A stretch of DNA of 64,000 bases, taken from positions 86,380 through 150,379 of the IMG/VR virus record IMGVR_UViG_3300013121_000024, one strand, 5' to 3'. The translations under genes were made by a program, and so were the position numbers. The notes under the pieces were generated by a model. The model did no database searches and was not told the origin of the DNA. It was given only the letters and a program-made list of their open reading frames with translations. Positions 26,799 to 35,855 of this stretch are shown here, in pieces. The DNA is from a virus (Duplodnaviria; Caudoviricetes). Every line of letters starts with the position of its first letter. Position 1 is the stretch's first letter.

Positions 26799-27745
26799 AC
26801 GAACTCCAATTCGACCATTACACGGATAAGAAACGACGTGAGGTTAATTTCCTGATCGATGACAAATGATGATTTGTAATCATACTCATTTATCAATAAA
26901 ATTAACTGTGGAATAGATTCCTTAGTAAAATATGAATTGGCCACATCGTAAAACTTGCGTAGTATTACATGGGTATCAATATCGCTATTTTCGGCTGTCC
27001 ATTTCCTAATCTCCGTAAAATTTTTGTTTTTAAGAAAATCAATGAGTTTTTTGAGCGAAATCTCATCAAAATTTACTAAAATGCCACTATCAATTTTACC
27101 GTTTACAGAATAAGCCTGTATTTCATTCAGTATATGTCTCCAATCTGGAAAATACTTGGAAATAACCTGTGCAAGTACCTTTTCATCATACTTCACCCCC
27201 TCGGTATCCAGAATAACAACCAGTCTTTTGAAAAATTCCATAGCCAATGTCGCTTTCGCGTCGTTTTTAATGCGAAAGTCCACTATTGAACATCGGGATT
27301 GTAAGGCATCAATTATTTTATTCTTGTAATTTGCGGTAAAGATAAACCCCGCATTTCCTGTGAAAGAATCCATGAAATTCCGCAAAGACTGTTGTACAGT
27401 CTGTGTTAATCCGTCCGCCTCATCGAAAATAACATATTTTCGACCTCCAGTGAAGGAAATCGTGCTTACGAAATTGGTTACTTTTGTTCTGATTACATCA
27501 ATACCAGCATCCAAGGATCCTTTGATTATAATGTAATCTGCGCCTATTTCTTCCAGCATAGCTCTGGCCGAGGTTGTCTTACCTGAACCAGGACCTCCTA
27601 CTAACAGCAGGTTAGGTATATTCTGTGTATCAACATATCCTTGGAAAGTATCTTTTACTTTCTTAGGCAAAATAATATCGGCCACTTTATGAGGCCGATA
27701 TTTTTCAGAAAAAAGGAATTCAGTTCGAGTACTTTCTATCATCAT
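26795..27745 (-). CDS. gp44: Clamp loader large subunit (gp44)
   Basis: EKYRP, GGPGSGKT, DEAD, LQSRC. Confidence 0.95.
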   Translation of the reverse strand: MMIESTRTEFLFSEKYRPHKVADIILPKKVKDTFQGYVDTQNIPNLLLVGGPGSGKTTSARAMLEEIGADYIIIKGSLDAGIDVIRTKVTNFVSTISFTGGRKYVIFDEADGLTQTVQQSLRNFMDSFTGNAGFIFTANYKNKIIDALQSRCSIVDFRIKNDAKATLAMEFFKRLVVILDTEGVKYDEKVLAQVISKYFPDWRHILNEIQAYSVNGKIDSGILVNFDEISLKKLIDFLKNKNFTEIRKWTAENSDIDTHVILRKFYDVANSYFTKESIPQLILLINEYDYKSSFVIDQEINLTSFLIRVMVELEFV

Positions 27746-27756
27746 ATATCATTCCT

Positions 27757-27788
27757 GTATTTCAGTATTTCAGTATTTCAGTATTTTC
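27757..27788. repeat. Short tandem repeat (GTATTTCA) x3 plus a partial copy
   Basis: Seen directly upstream of the gp44 RBS. Confidence 0.6.
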
Positions 27789-27793
27789 ATACT

Positions 27794-28198
27794 TCAAGAC
27801 AAACGGTGTACATCATCCACCAAAGTTCTATTTTTCAGTTTTAGTTTTGACTTTTCATTTGTTATATAGGTCTTGACCATATCAACTACGAATTTTACGA
27901 CCTGTGGATTATTGATTACCCATTTGAATGCCATATAACCAACCTCAACAACCACCGGGGCGGCACCTCCAATAAATCCATATTTCATGGTAAGTCCTGG
28001 AGTGTCTCTACTTTCAAATTCAAATTCCTCGGTCTTGAACTCCTTGGAAAACCCATATTTTCCTAATTCGGAATCTGTTGGTCTGTGATCATTCCTAGCC
28101 AAGGTTGGGTTCCACAAATGTGGATTCAAATTTTCCAACAGGTATTTCTCTATGTGTTCTTTTAATTCTGCACTAACCTCTATCTTTGGTGTTTCCAT
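27794..28198 (-). CDS. Hypothetical protein
   Basis: 134 aa ORF with GAGGA RBS. Confidence 0.6.
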   Translation of the reverse strand: METPKIEVSAELKEHIEKYLLENLNPHLWNPTLARNDHRPTDSELGKYGFSKEFKTEEFEFESRDTPGLTMKYGFIGGAAPVVVEVGYMAFKWVINNPQVVKFVVDMVKTYITNEKSKLKLKNRTLVDDVHRLS

Positions 28199-28218
28199 GG
28201 ATACTATCCTCTTTTTTT

Positions 28219-28899
28219 TTAGTCTACACTAGATTCTTGTTCAAGAGCCACATAATATGTAATATACTTGCCTATTAATCTGGCCAACAGTGCCACTTTA
28301 TTACCAGCCTTGTTCCTAAAAATGGTAACATCATAATCATCCGGCCTCAACTTTGCAATATTATCCATCTTAAACACATAATTAAAAGTCTTCTCTGTGT
28401 CTCCTAATTCGACACTATATGTATCGCCTGTCGGATTTTTGATATCCAATACAGAAAGGTCCAACTTCCCATCATTTCCAGAAATATTGAGATGTGTCGC
28501 ATCTATTACACTAGCTGCTCTCATTGCTCCTGTATATTCAGATTCAGAAAGTGTGAATGAAATTACCTCTTCCTGTAAAGTAAGTTCTTTCTCCGGAGGC
28601 TTATTGATGACCGCCGGATCAGCATAAACATATTTTGTACTTTTATTACCAGATTTAATCAAAAGATATTTATTCGTAAACTCAAGTTCAAAATCTGGAA
28701 ACAAAGATAATGCCGAAAGAAATCTTGATAAATCGTGTATAGCAAAATCGATTGGTATATCTTCTTCTATCCTGGCAATTGCCAACACCGACTTGGAATC
28801 AGAGAGTGTTGACAGTTTTGATCCTTTGCGAAAATACAATCCAGGATAAATCTGACCAAGGTTCTTTATCACAGATAATGTTTGGGTAGAAAACTTCAT
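28219..28899 (-). CDS. gp45: Sliding clamp (gp45)
   Basis: MKFSTQTLSVIKN, FAIHDLSRFL, DYDVTI, YYVALE. Confidence 0.93.
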   Translation of the reverse strand: MKFSTQTLSVIKNLGQIYPGLYFRKGSKLSTLSDSKSVLAIARIEEDIPIDFAIHDLSRFLSALSLFPDFELEFTNKYLLIKSGNKSTKYVYADPAVINKPPEKELTLQEEVISFTLSESEYTGAMRAASVIDATHLNISGNDGKLDLSVLDIKNPTGDTYSVELGDTEKTFNYVFKMDNIAKLRPDDYDVTIFRNKAGNKVALLARLIGKYITYYVALEQESSVD

Positions 28900-28948
28900 A
28901 CTATATATCGCTCCTTATGTTGACCGATGGTGCCAATTACAAGTGCTA

Positions 28949-28977
28949 TTTGTACACTGGATTGTGTCAACTGGCAA
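28949..28977 (-). promoter_or_regulatory. Sigma70-like promoter for gp45 (TTGCCA-17-TACAAA)
   Basis: Intergenic match; an alternative TTGACA lies inside it. Confidence 0.45.
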
Positions 28978-29014
28978 CACAATTTTTGCACCAATCATAT
29001 TTTTTCATAATACA

Positions 29015-31204
29015 TCAACCTGGCTCCGCTCCCGGTAATCCCGGCAAAATGTTTGGTTTGTTTGGTTTCTTCGGAATTTTAACAGGTTTGGAAGGTTGTC
29101 TATTTTTGGGTTGTTTATTTTGGTTATTATTCATAAACTCTCCAAGTGTTGGAGTTTTAACAGGTTCTTCTCTTACATGTTTAAGTTGGTTAGGATCAGC
29201 CGTGGCCGATGCTCCAATATGAGCCAGATCGCCAAGACTTCCTCCAAAGACATAAGTTCCGGTATGACTTAGCTTAATCCAGGGTAGCAACCAGATTTTC
29301 ATATTAGCTTTTTGTACATTTCTAGAGAAAAAATAATCCTCAGAAAGGTATCTCAGGCTGGCGGTCTTTTCTCCCTCTAACATGGACTTAGTTTTTTCGA
29401 TCAACTCGGGTGTAACACCATCATTGGCCACCGCTTCCATAACTCTCTTGGCGTCACCGAAGTCATATCCTCTGTCAATTGCACAGTCGAAATACATCAT
29501 AACAGGTCGACTACCATCAAACTCCTTGGTACGTACATGGTCTGGTTTGTACCACAACTCGGGAAATCTCTCTTGGTACTTCAGGAAGGTGTTTCTACGA
29601 ATCATCATAAATCCAGTTCCACCTTCAAGTATTTCCACTGGCTGGTTTAACATAATCCGGCCACCATTTCCTGTGTCTTTTGGATTGAACACGTAGTCTC
29701 CAACATACCTTTCCAATTCGTTGGGATTTTTATCCGCAAAGCCTTTAACCACCGCCGTCTTGATCTTTTCCCATGAAATACAATTAGATACCACATAATA
29801 ATTAGAAACAAAATTTGCGTTATCCTGTACTGTGATATCATATTGATCGCTTTTTGTTTTACAAAGAACAACCTTTACGGGTTTGGCGCCAATTTCTAAC
29901 TTAGGAACGTTAGACCAATCAAACTTTTCTGTACTCTGGTATTGTTCTGGAATCTTGTACAACAAATCTGTGGTTACGTATTTTCCAATAATCGAAAAAA
30001 ACTTTTCTATGGAAGATTGTCGAATCCTAATTCTTTGTCTTTTGCCGCTAATCGCTATGGTGGATTCTATTCCAAATCTTTCCAATAAGAATTTCTGAAT
30101 TTCCGGATTCTCTTCCCCAAATCCATCGGTACACATGATTACATTCCATCCATTACCATTGGATGATAATGTTCCATCATCCATGTACCACATGGCCAAA
30201 GCTTTATCGTCAATAAGATGTTTTACAGGTCCAAATTCCTTTTTTCCATTTGGATACATGAGGCCGCGCAAATATGATATTTGTGAATTTCGAGGAGAGG
30301 TAAGAAACCTGGCAAAATACTCTTTTCCTTTGTAGGATCCTACCTTTTTCTTTGGTCCTAATGAACCTCCAAACAATTGGGCCTTTAACTCTAAATAGGA
30401 TAATTGATCTTCAGAATGACCAAATACCAAATATCCCCTTTTCTTTATAGAACCATCACCCAAAAGTGTTCCGATCAGAAAGGACAATTGTTCTTTCGAG
30501 TACAGAACATTTTCGCTATTAGTAACACCTTCCACATGTCTAGGATATCTCACCACATGATCCGTGTCTAAGATATCTCCGGCGGCTTTCCAGGTAATAT
30601 TCGAAGGATCCAACACATTTTCCAGCACAGCTATATGATGATCCGCCGTTACAATATCATGCGGTTGATTTGGTGTACTTATTTTTACCCAAGGCATGCC
30701 CATGTGTCGGTGTCTTGAATGTCCTATAACCGGTTTCCATTCGAACTTTCCTTCCGGATTCATACTCAATACTTTTTTAGAATATTTGGACTCCACCAAA
30801 TCGTGTATTGTCTGCCAACCATCTTCGGTCAAAACACGATTTTTCTTATGGTGTGATTTTTTGGGATACGGAGCACAAAGAACATCATAAGGAGAATCAT
30901 CAGTTTGCAAGGCCAGCATTGCAATAACGTCCTTCGCATCGAATCCAATATCCGAGTCAATGAAAATCATATGTGTAGAATCCGACCGCATAAATTCGTC
31001 ACAAACGTATGCCCGGGCCCGGGTAATCAAGCTTTCATTAAATAGATAATATATCTGAATGGGTATCTTATGTTTTGTGGTAAGAGCTACCAGGTCGGTC
31101 ATCGACCTGGCAAACATTCCTGTGCACATTCCTCCATACATTGGTACTCCAATGAATAGTTTTTTTCTCTGTAGTTCATGCAGTGGAACTTTAATTTTGA
31201 ACAT
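29015..31204 (-). CDS. Glycosyltransferase-like (GT-A) conserved phage protein containing an intein
   Basis: PMYGG, ESLITRAR, FIDSDI (DxD), GTGFMMI, YLSEDY; interrupted after YPKK. Confidence 0.75.
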   Translation of the reverse strand: MFKIKVPLHELQRKKLFIGVPMYGGMCTGMFARSMTDLVALTTKHKIPIQIYYLFNESLITRARAYVCDEFMRSDSTHMIFIDSDIGFDAKDVIAMLALQTDDSPYDVLCAPYPKKSHHKKNRVLTEDGWQTIHDLVESKYSKKVLSMNPEGKFEWKPVIGHSRHRHMGMPWVKISTPNQPHDIVTADHHIAVLENVLDPSNITWKAAGDILDTDHVVRYPRHVEGVTNSENVLYSKEQLSFLIGTLLGDGSIKKRGYLVFGHSEDQLSYLELKAQLFGGSLGPKKKVGSYKGKEYFARFLTSPRNSQISYLRGLMYPNGKKEFGPVKHLIDDKALAMWYMDDGTLSSNGNGWNVIMCTDGFGEENPEIQKFLLERFGIESTIAISGKRQRIRIRQSSIEKFFSIIGKYVTTDLLYKIPEQYQSTEKFDWSNVPKLEIGAKPVKVVLCKTKSDQYDITVQDNANFVSNYYVVSNCISWEKIKTAVVKGFADKNPNELERYVGDYVFNPKDTGNGGRIMLNQPVEILEGGTGFMMIRRNTFLKYQERFPELWYKPDHVRTKEFDGSRPVMMYFDCAIDRGYDFGDAKRVMEAVANDGVTPELIEKTKSMLEGEKTASLRYLSEDYFFSRNVQKANMKIWLLPWIKLSHTGTYVFGGSLGDLAHIGASATADPNQLKHVREEPVKTPTLGEFMNNNQNKQPKNRQPSKPVKIPKKPNKPNILPGLPGAEPG
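29783..30856 (-). mobile_element. Intein with LAGLIDADG endonuclease (358 aa) in the GT-like gene
   Basis: Starts SHHKKNRVLTEDG, block B TADH, GTLLGDG and WYMDDG, YDITV...VVSN|C. Confidence 0.85.
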
Positions 31205-31207
31205 TAA

Positions 31208-31852
31208 TTACTCTCCACCAGACGCCTTGGCTCGTGTGACGTCAGAAAAACTATAAGAAGATAGTGCACTTTTACCAGCACTATATGAACGTGTCGATTC
31301 GGCCAAATTATTAGAAAGGATCCAATCGATTTTAGTCGGTGCAACATAGATTGTAGTATGACTAGAAACACCAATTTTATTGCTTTCTTCCATAATATTT
31401 TCAAAGTTGGCACCAAGGAATACCACACCCCAGTCTTTATTTTGTAGCTTTTTAACGAGTTTCATGGTCGACTGGCTTGTATACCTGTGGTTGGATGAAT
31501 TCTCCTCACCATCGGTCATAACCACCAGTGTAGCTCTATTAGGATTGTCTTCCAACATACGTTCCATCAATCTGGTACCACATTCATACAATGGTGTACC
31601 GCCCGAGGGTGTTATCTCTCTTGAAGTGATTGGTTCCCACTCATCAATGGAACAATTACGAACAACATTATACTCCACTCCATTAGTATGGTTGGTGCAA
31701 AATGTGGCCAAGAAAATATTACATTTCAGGTCCTTAAGTTCCTCAATGTACCCGTTTATTCCTTTGAGTGATTTATCCCAAATCGATGACATGGACCCAG
31801 ACTTGTCCAATAAGATATAGATATTCAATGCATTTTTACTTTTCATACTCAT
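31208..31852 (-). CDS. von Willebrand factor A domain protein
   Basis: LLDKSGSM MIDAS, GGTPLY, MTDGEEN, FLGAN. Confidence 0.88.
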   Translation of the reverse strand: MSMKSKNALNIYILLDKSGSMSSIWDKSLKGINGYIEELKDLKCNIFLATFCTNHTNGVEYNVVRNCSIDEWEPITSREITPSGGTPLYECGTRLMERMLEDNPNRATLVVMTDGEENSSNHRYTSQSTMKLVKKLQNKDWGVVFLGANFENIMEESNKIGVSSHTTIYVAPTKIDWILSNNLAESTRSYSAGKSALSSYSFSDVTRAKASGGE

Positions 31853-31874
31853 AATCGCCTTTCTTTCTGTTGTT

Positions 31875-32264
31875 TTATTTCAATTTACCTTCATTTCTGA
31901 GATCATTATAGTACATTAACATAAGAACGTAATGAAAAGCCTTCAATAGGTCATTCCTATTATAACCACCTTTTTTACCATAACGCATCAAATATTTTAT
32001 AGCGGTATTAGCGTGTGTGGCCTCTGCGCCGAGTGGATCTCTGGCATGCCACACATCAAAACTTTGGATATTTGGAAAATCTAAGTCTTCATTTTTTCCA
32101 ATATAATGATAGTCTTTGGAATAAGTATGGTCAATGTAGTTTCTTAGTTCGTTTATACTCTCAACCTCCCGGTATTTATACCGCAAAACAGGGGGTTGTT
32201 TTGAAGCAAGATAAGTCTGTGTTAATGTTGGAATTCCTACCAAATCCTTGTGATCTTCTTTCAT
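31875..32264 (-). CDS. DUF3310-like conserved phage protein
   Basis: AIKYLMRYGKKGG...DLLKAFHY. Confidence 0.65.
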   Translation of the reverse strand: MKEDHKDLVGIPTLTQTYLASKQPPVLRYKYREVESINELRNYIDHTYSKDYHYIGKNEDLDFPNIQSFDVWHARDPLGAEATHANTAIKYLMRYGKKGGYNRNDLLKAFHYVLMLMYYNDLRNEGKLK

Positions 32265-33562
32265 CGTCCAACCTGTGTCAAATATTTCAACTTAGTTTCC
32301 TCCCATGTTAAATAAATCAAATCATCATAAAATAGTGTGCCTTCCATTAACTGGTTTCTCTTTTTCAATTGTGACATTCTTCCTTTAGCATACTTGTTCT
32401 TCCAAATATTGGCAAGAGTTTTCTCACTGGTATCAAAGCTTTTTACCAATTCTTTTTCACGAATCTCTTTTCGAAGAAACTCATTGGTGTTATTGTACAA
32501 AGGAGACCAATATATTCCCCTTTGGTGTTCAGATCGAACCATGCTTTTAGGAATGCCTAACTTTCTATAAATAAAATGTAATGATCTGTTTTTGTGATCT
32601 CTAAGATAAGGAAGACCATTTGGCTTGGTGGCCGCCCACCACTCAAAAAACTCTCTTGTGTGGTTCTCCTTGAGCCAATCCCATGCTAGTTTTTTGGTTT
32701 CTCTACTTGGTTCATAAGCTACCGAACCGGATGAAAATCCCATCTTGTTCCAGTGTTCAAGTCCATCATACTGGGACATTCCACCAACCTTAGTCTTACC
32801 ATATAAACTGGTTGTTGTAACACCAACCAATACTTCACCGTACCTGTTTCTCCAATCTTTCTGTACAACATCCGATAAACACAATAGTGCCAATAACTTA
32901 CCTCCGGCATAGTTAAATCCGAGAGGTTGCAAAGGAACAATTGTGGATCCAATGGCCGTATGGTTAATCATATTCTGTTTAGTCTTGATATCTCTAGACC
33001 AACCTATAAACTGATCTCTTGGAGTTAAATCCAAAAAATCACTAGAAATACAAATCACACCGAGGTATTTACCGCTAACTTTGTCTATTATTGTGTAAAA
33101 TAAATTCCTGCCTATATTGGAATTATTTTTCATTGTACTGGAAAATGTTCGAATAACATTCCAAACTTCCACATCATCCTTATCAGAAAGTACCATTATT
33201 GGTTGTAATTGTTCATAGGATTCTGGAGTTTCAGGATACCAAAAATTTCTTTTTACAGCATCTATAAGATGTCCCCTTTCCGGTATTATGAGAGTAGGTT
33301 CTGTAGCACTATCTCCCCCAAAAAACATAGACAAAGTTGAGGTTTCTTCTGTCTCATATTTCTCGTGTATTTCACACCATTTTTGGTAAAGTGTATACTC
33401 CTTTACATCCATCGCGGAAACAAATTGTAAATCTTTGAGTAAAGAAGATTTTAACTGCTCAGTAGTAACATGTTTCCATGCCTTCTTAGGATTGGATTCT
33501 TGCCATTGTTTCCATTGTATTTCCAGAAATTCGGGGGACTTTTTCTTCTCTTTTACCGGCAT
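32261..33562 (-). CDS. DUF4338-like (DruA-related) protein
   Basis: GKYLGVICISSD...RDQFIGW, GGKLLALL, VTTTSLYG. Confidence 0.65.
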   Translation of the reverse strand: MPVKEKKKSPEFLEIQWKQWQESNPKKAWKHVTTEQLKSSLLKDLQFVSAMDVKEYTLYQKWCEIHEKYETEETSTLSMFFGGDSATEPTLIIPERGHLIDAVKRNFWYPETPESYEQLQPIMVLSDKDDVEVWNVIRTFSSTMKNNSNIGRNLFYTIIDKVSGKYLGVICISSDFLDLTPRDQFIGWSRDIKTKQNMINHTAIGSTIVPLQPLGFNYAGGKLLALLCLSDVVQKDWRNRYGEVLVGVTTTSLYGKTKVGGMSQYDGLEHWNKMGFSSGSVAYEPSRETKKLAWDWLKENHTREFFEWWAATKPNGLPYLRDHKNRSLHFIYRKLGIPKSMVRSEHQRGIYWSPLYNNTNEFLRKEIREKELVKSFDTSEKTLANIWKNKYAKGRMSQLKKRNQLMEGTLFYDDLIYLTWEETKLKYLTQVGR

Positions 33563-34073
33563 TCAATAAATCTCCAATAGTATAGTTGTGTCCTTTTTTA
33601 TTGGCTTTATTTTTTGCAAACTCCAGTGTAATTCTGGATGCATCTGAAAAAAATACTCCTCCGGATAAATGTTCATACTCATGTTGCACAACGCGGGAAG
33701 TCAATCCGAAAAAGGTTTTTAATACAACATTTCCATTGGGTTCTGTATATCTTATACTTATATCTTCTGGCCTGTTTACTTTTACAAACACACCAGGCCA
33801 AGATAAACAACCCTCCAATAAACTACCAGACTCTTCGGAAAAGTCAAGTATCTCTGGATTAAAAAATGCCAACACAGGATTGGCTTTTACAACGAAAACT
33901 TGGTATGGAAGTCCAACTTGATTTGCTGATAACCCCATTCCATTATTGGCTAGCATGGTTTCCGTAAGATTCTTAGCCAATTGAATAGGATCCTCAGGTG
34001 GATTAGAAAAATCAAATGGAATTGTAGTATTGAACAATACGGGGTCTGTGTGTTTAACTAGTTTTAGTATCAT
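33486..34073 (-). CDS. def: Peptide deformylase
   Basis: GMGLSANQVG, EGCLS, QHEYEHLSG. Confidence 0.92.
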   Translation of the reverse strand: MILKLVKHTDPVLFNTTIPFDFSNPPEDPIQLAKNLTETMLANNGMGLSANQVGLPYQVFVVKANPVLAFFNPEILDFSEESGSLLEGCLSWPGVFVKVNRPEDISIRYTEPNGNVVLKTFFGLTSRVVQHEYEHLSGGVFFSDASRITLEFAKNKANKKGHNYTIGDLLNAGKREEKVPRISGNTMETMARIQS

Positions 34074-34359
34074 CTTGCACATCATCAAATTGTTCTGTAA
34101 TTAAGTGTTTCATTTCAGCAATCCAATAATCGTCCATACGTACCATTTTGAATTCCATATCGCCTATTCCGAATTCCATGTCCTCCCTAATTTCTTTTTC
34201 TATTTCCTTAATTAGATCATCTGGAGGATCTTCCGGAAAAAGAACGCAATGTAAAACGGTACCCTCGTGATCCACCGCCATCACACCATATTCCCATGTA
34301 AGAATTTCTTTCAGTTCTTCTGTTTCCATATCATTTTCCTGTTTCATATAAGTCTCCAT
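34054..34359 (-). CDS. Acidic hypothetical protein
   Basis: 101 aa ORF in the operon. Confidence 0.55.
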   Translation of the reverse strand: METYMKQENDMETEELKEILTWEYGVMAVDHEGTVLHCVLFPEDPPDDLIKEIEKEIREDMEFGIGDMEFKMVRMDDYWIAEMKHLITEQFDDVQDDTKTS

Positions 34360-34705
34360 AAACTATCACCTCAATTGGTTTACGACATTTTCTCATTTCT
34401 TCTATTGTATTTCTGGTTCCGTTGGATTTTCCATCCCAAAAACAAATAGCAACATCGGCGTATTCGGCCATTTCTTTATTTCTTACCATTCCGGCACATT
34501 TACCTAATAGATTCCAATTGGGGTAAAACACAGTAACCGGAATATTTTTGGAGTGTCCCCAAGAGGCAGCTATGCGGTCAGGACCGCGAGCTCCTCCGGA
34601 AACAATCTCTGTTATTGGTCCATTTGACTTGTTATAATCTTCTAATTTTTCATTGATTGATGTTGAATCAACTATGGATCTGGACCCGGCCACCAACAAT
34701 TTCAT
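34331..34705 (-). CDS. SLOG-family (DUF2493/YspA-like) protein
   Basis: LLVAGSR, VSGGARGPD, AGMVRNKEMA, FWDGKSNGT. Confidence 0.85.
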   Translation of the reverse strand: MKLLVAGSRSIVDSTSINEKLEDYNKSNGPITEIVSGGARGPDRIAASWGHSKNIPVTVFYPNWNLLGKCAGMVRNKEMAEYADVAICFWDGKSNGTRNTIEEMRKCRKPIEVIVYGDLYETGK

Positions 34706-34710
34706 TTTTT

Positions 34711-34971
34711 TTATTCCTTTACATCCAAAGAAATTTTGTCGCGGACCAAAATACCTAATTTTGCCAATACTACAGCAATCGGTTCTGCCACTCCGTAAGA
34801 ATTTTTCTTGGTACGAATAAGTACAATATCCTTATTTTCATGTGGTAGATGAACATTTGTTTGAATTGCGTCTATTGTTATAATACCTTCTACCTCATCC
34901 GGATCAATATAGATCGTCTGACGTTCTTCTACTCCTTTGAATTTCACCAAAACCTTTTCTGTAGTATCCAT
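34711..34971 (-). CDS. Hypothetical protein
   Basis: 86 aa ORF. Confidence 0.55.
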   Translation of the reverse strand: MDTTEKVLVKFKGVEERQTIYIDPDEVEGIITIDAIQTNVHLPHENKDIVLIRTKKNSYGVAEPIAVVLAKLGILVRDKISLDVKE

Positions 34972-34977
34972 TATAAA

Positions 34978-35424
34978 TTATCCTCTCTTATTCTTTTTGT
35001 GCTTTTTGTGCTTTTTTGTCGATGTGTATTTCTTGGACGGACGCGCTGGACGATCCAACTCATCTATAATTCTAACAGGTGATCCTATAATGTCAACCGA
35101 AACATCAACAACTCCCGCTGCTATCATACCGATTTCTTGTGCAGCAGCCCTGGAAAGATCAATAACACGGCCTGCTACATAAGGACCTCGATCATTGATG
35201 GTAACAACCGCACTACGGCCATTTCTTTTATTTGTCACCCTAACCTTAGTACCAAACGGCAATGTCTTATGCGCGGCCGTCATCGCATTGGGGTTGAACC
35301 ATCCACCAGAGGCTACCCTTTGCGGCTGCCAATAATATGATGCCTTACCACTAGAAGCTTCAGCAGAGCCGGATAAAAATCCGATAGTGATAATGACTAA
35401 TAGTGTTGAGATATATTTGAACAA
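34978..35424 (-). CDS. rlpA: RlpA-family lytic transglycosylase-like (DPBB) exported protein
   Basis: Signal peptide, GKASYY, MTAAHKTLPFGTKVRV, INDRGPY, IDLSRAAA. Confidence 0.9.
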   Translation of the reverse strand: MFKYISTLLVIITIGFLSGSAEASSGKASYYWQPQRVASGGWFNPNAMTAAHKTLPFGTKVRVTNKRNGRSAVVTINDRGPYVAGRVIDLSRAAAQEIGMIAAGVVDVSVDIIGSPVRIIDELDRPARPSKKYTSTKKHKKHKKNKRG

Positions 35425-35453
35425 TGTTTTTCTCCTCTGTTTTATTTACAATA

Positions 35454-35855
35454 TTACATGCATATATCAGAAAACGCATGTACATTTTCTGGTAGTTTAG
35501 TTCCACTTCTATTGAATATTACAAATCCTATCCAGTTATCGAAATGTTTAGCATATTTTTGCATTGAACCACCAGTAGTCCAAACGTCGTCTACAATGAG
35601 AACCGGATCATCAACTCCTAGTTCATAATAAATCCGTTTTGTTTGTACATAACGACGGAAAACGTTGGCCACTCTTATGCCTCCTCTAGGTACGCCTATA
35701 ACTGCCGAAAAAGAAGGCAAACGTTTAACGGCAAGACTAACGATGCATTCAAGGTCGTTAATGTCTAGTGCATCGCATTCTATTTTATAGGGCAATAATA
35801 TACCGGATGCCCCTCTAAATTCACCTAATTGAAATAATGACATTTTTTTCCTCAT
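35454..35855 (-). CDS. Type I phosphoribosyltransferase (orotate PRTase-like)
   Basis: GVPRGG, VLIVDDVWTTGGSM. Confidence 0.8.
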   Translation of the reverse strand: MRKKMSLFQLGEFRGASGILLPYKIECDALDINDLECIVSLAVKRLPSFSAVIGVPRGGIRVANVFRRYVQTKRIYYELGVDDPVLIVDDVWTTGGSMQKYAKHFDNWIGFVIFNRSGTKLPENVHAFSDICM

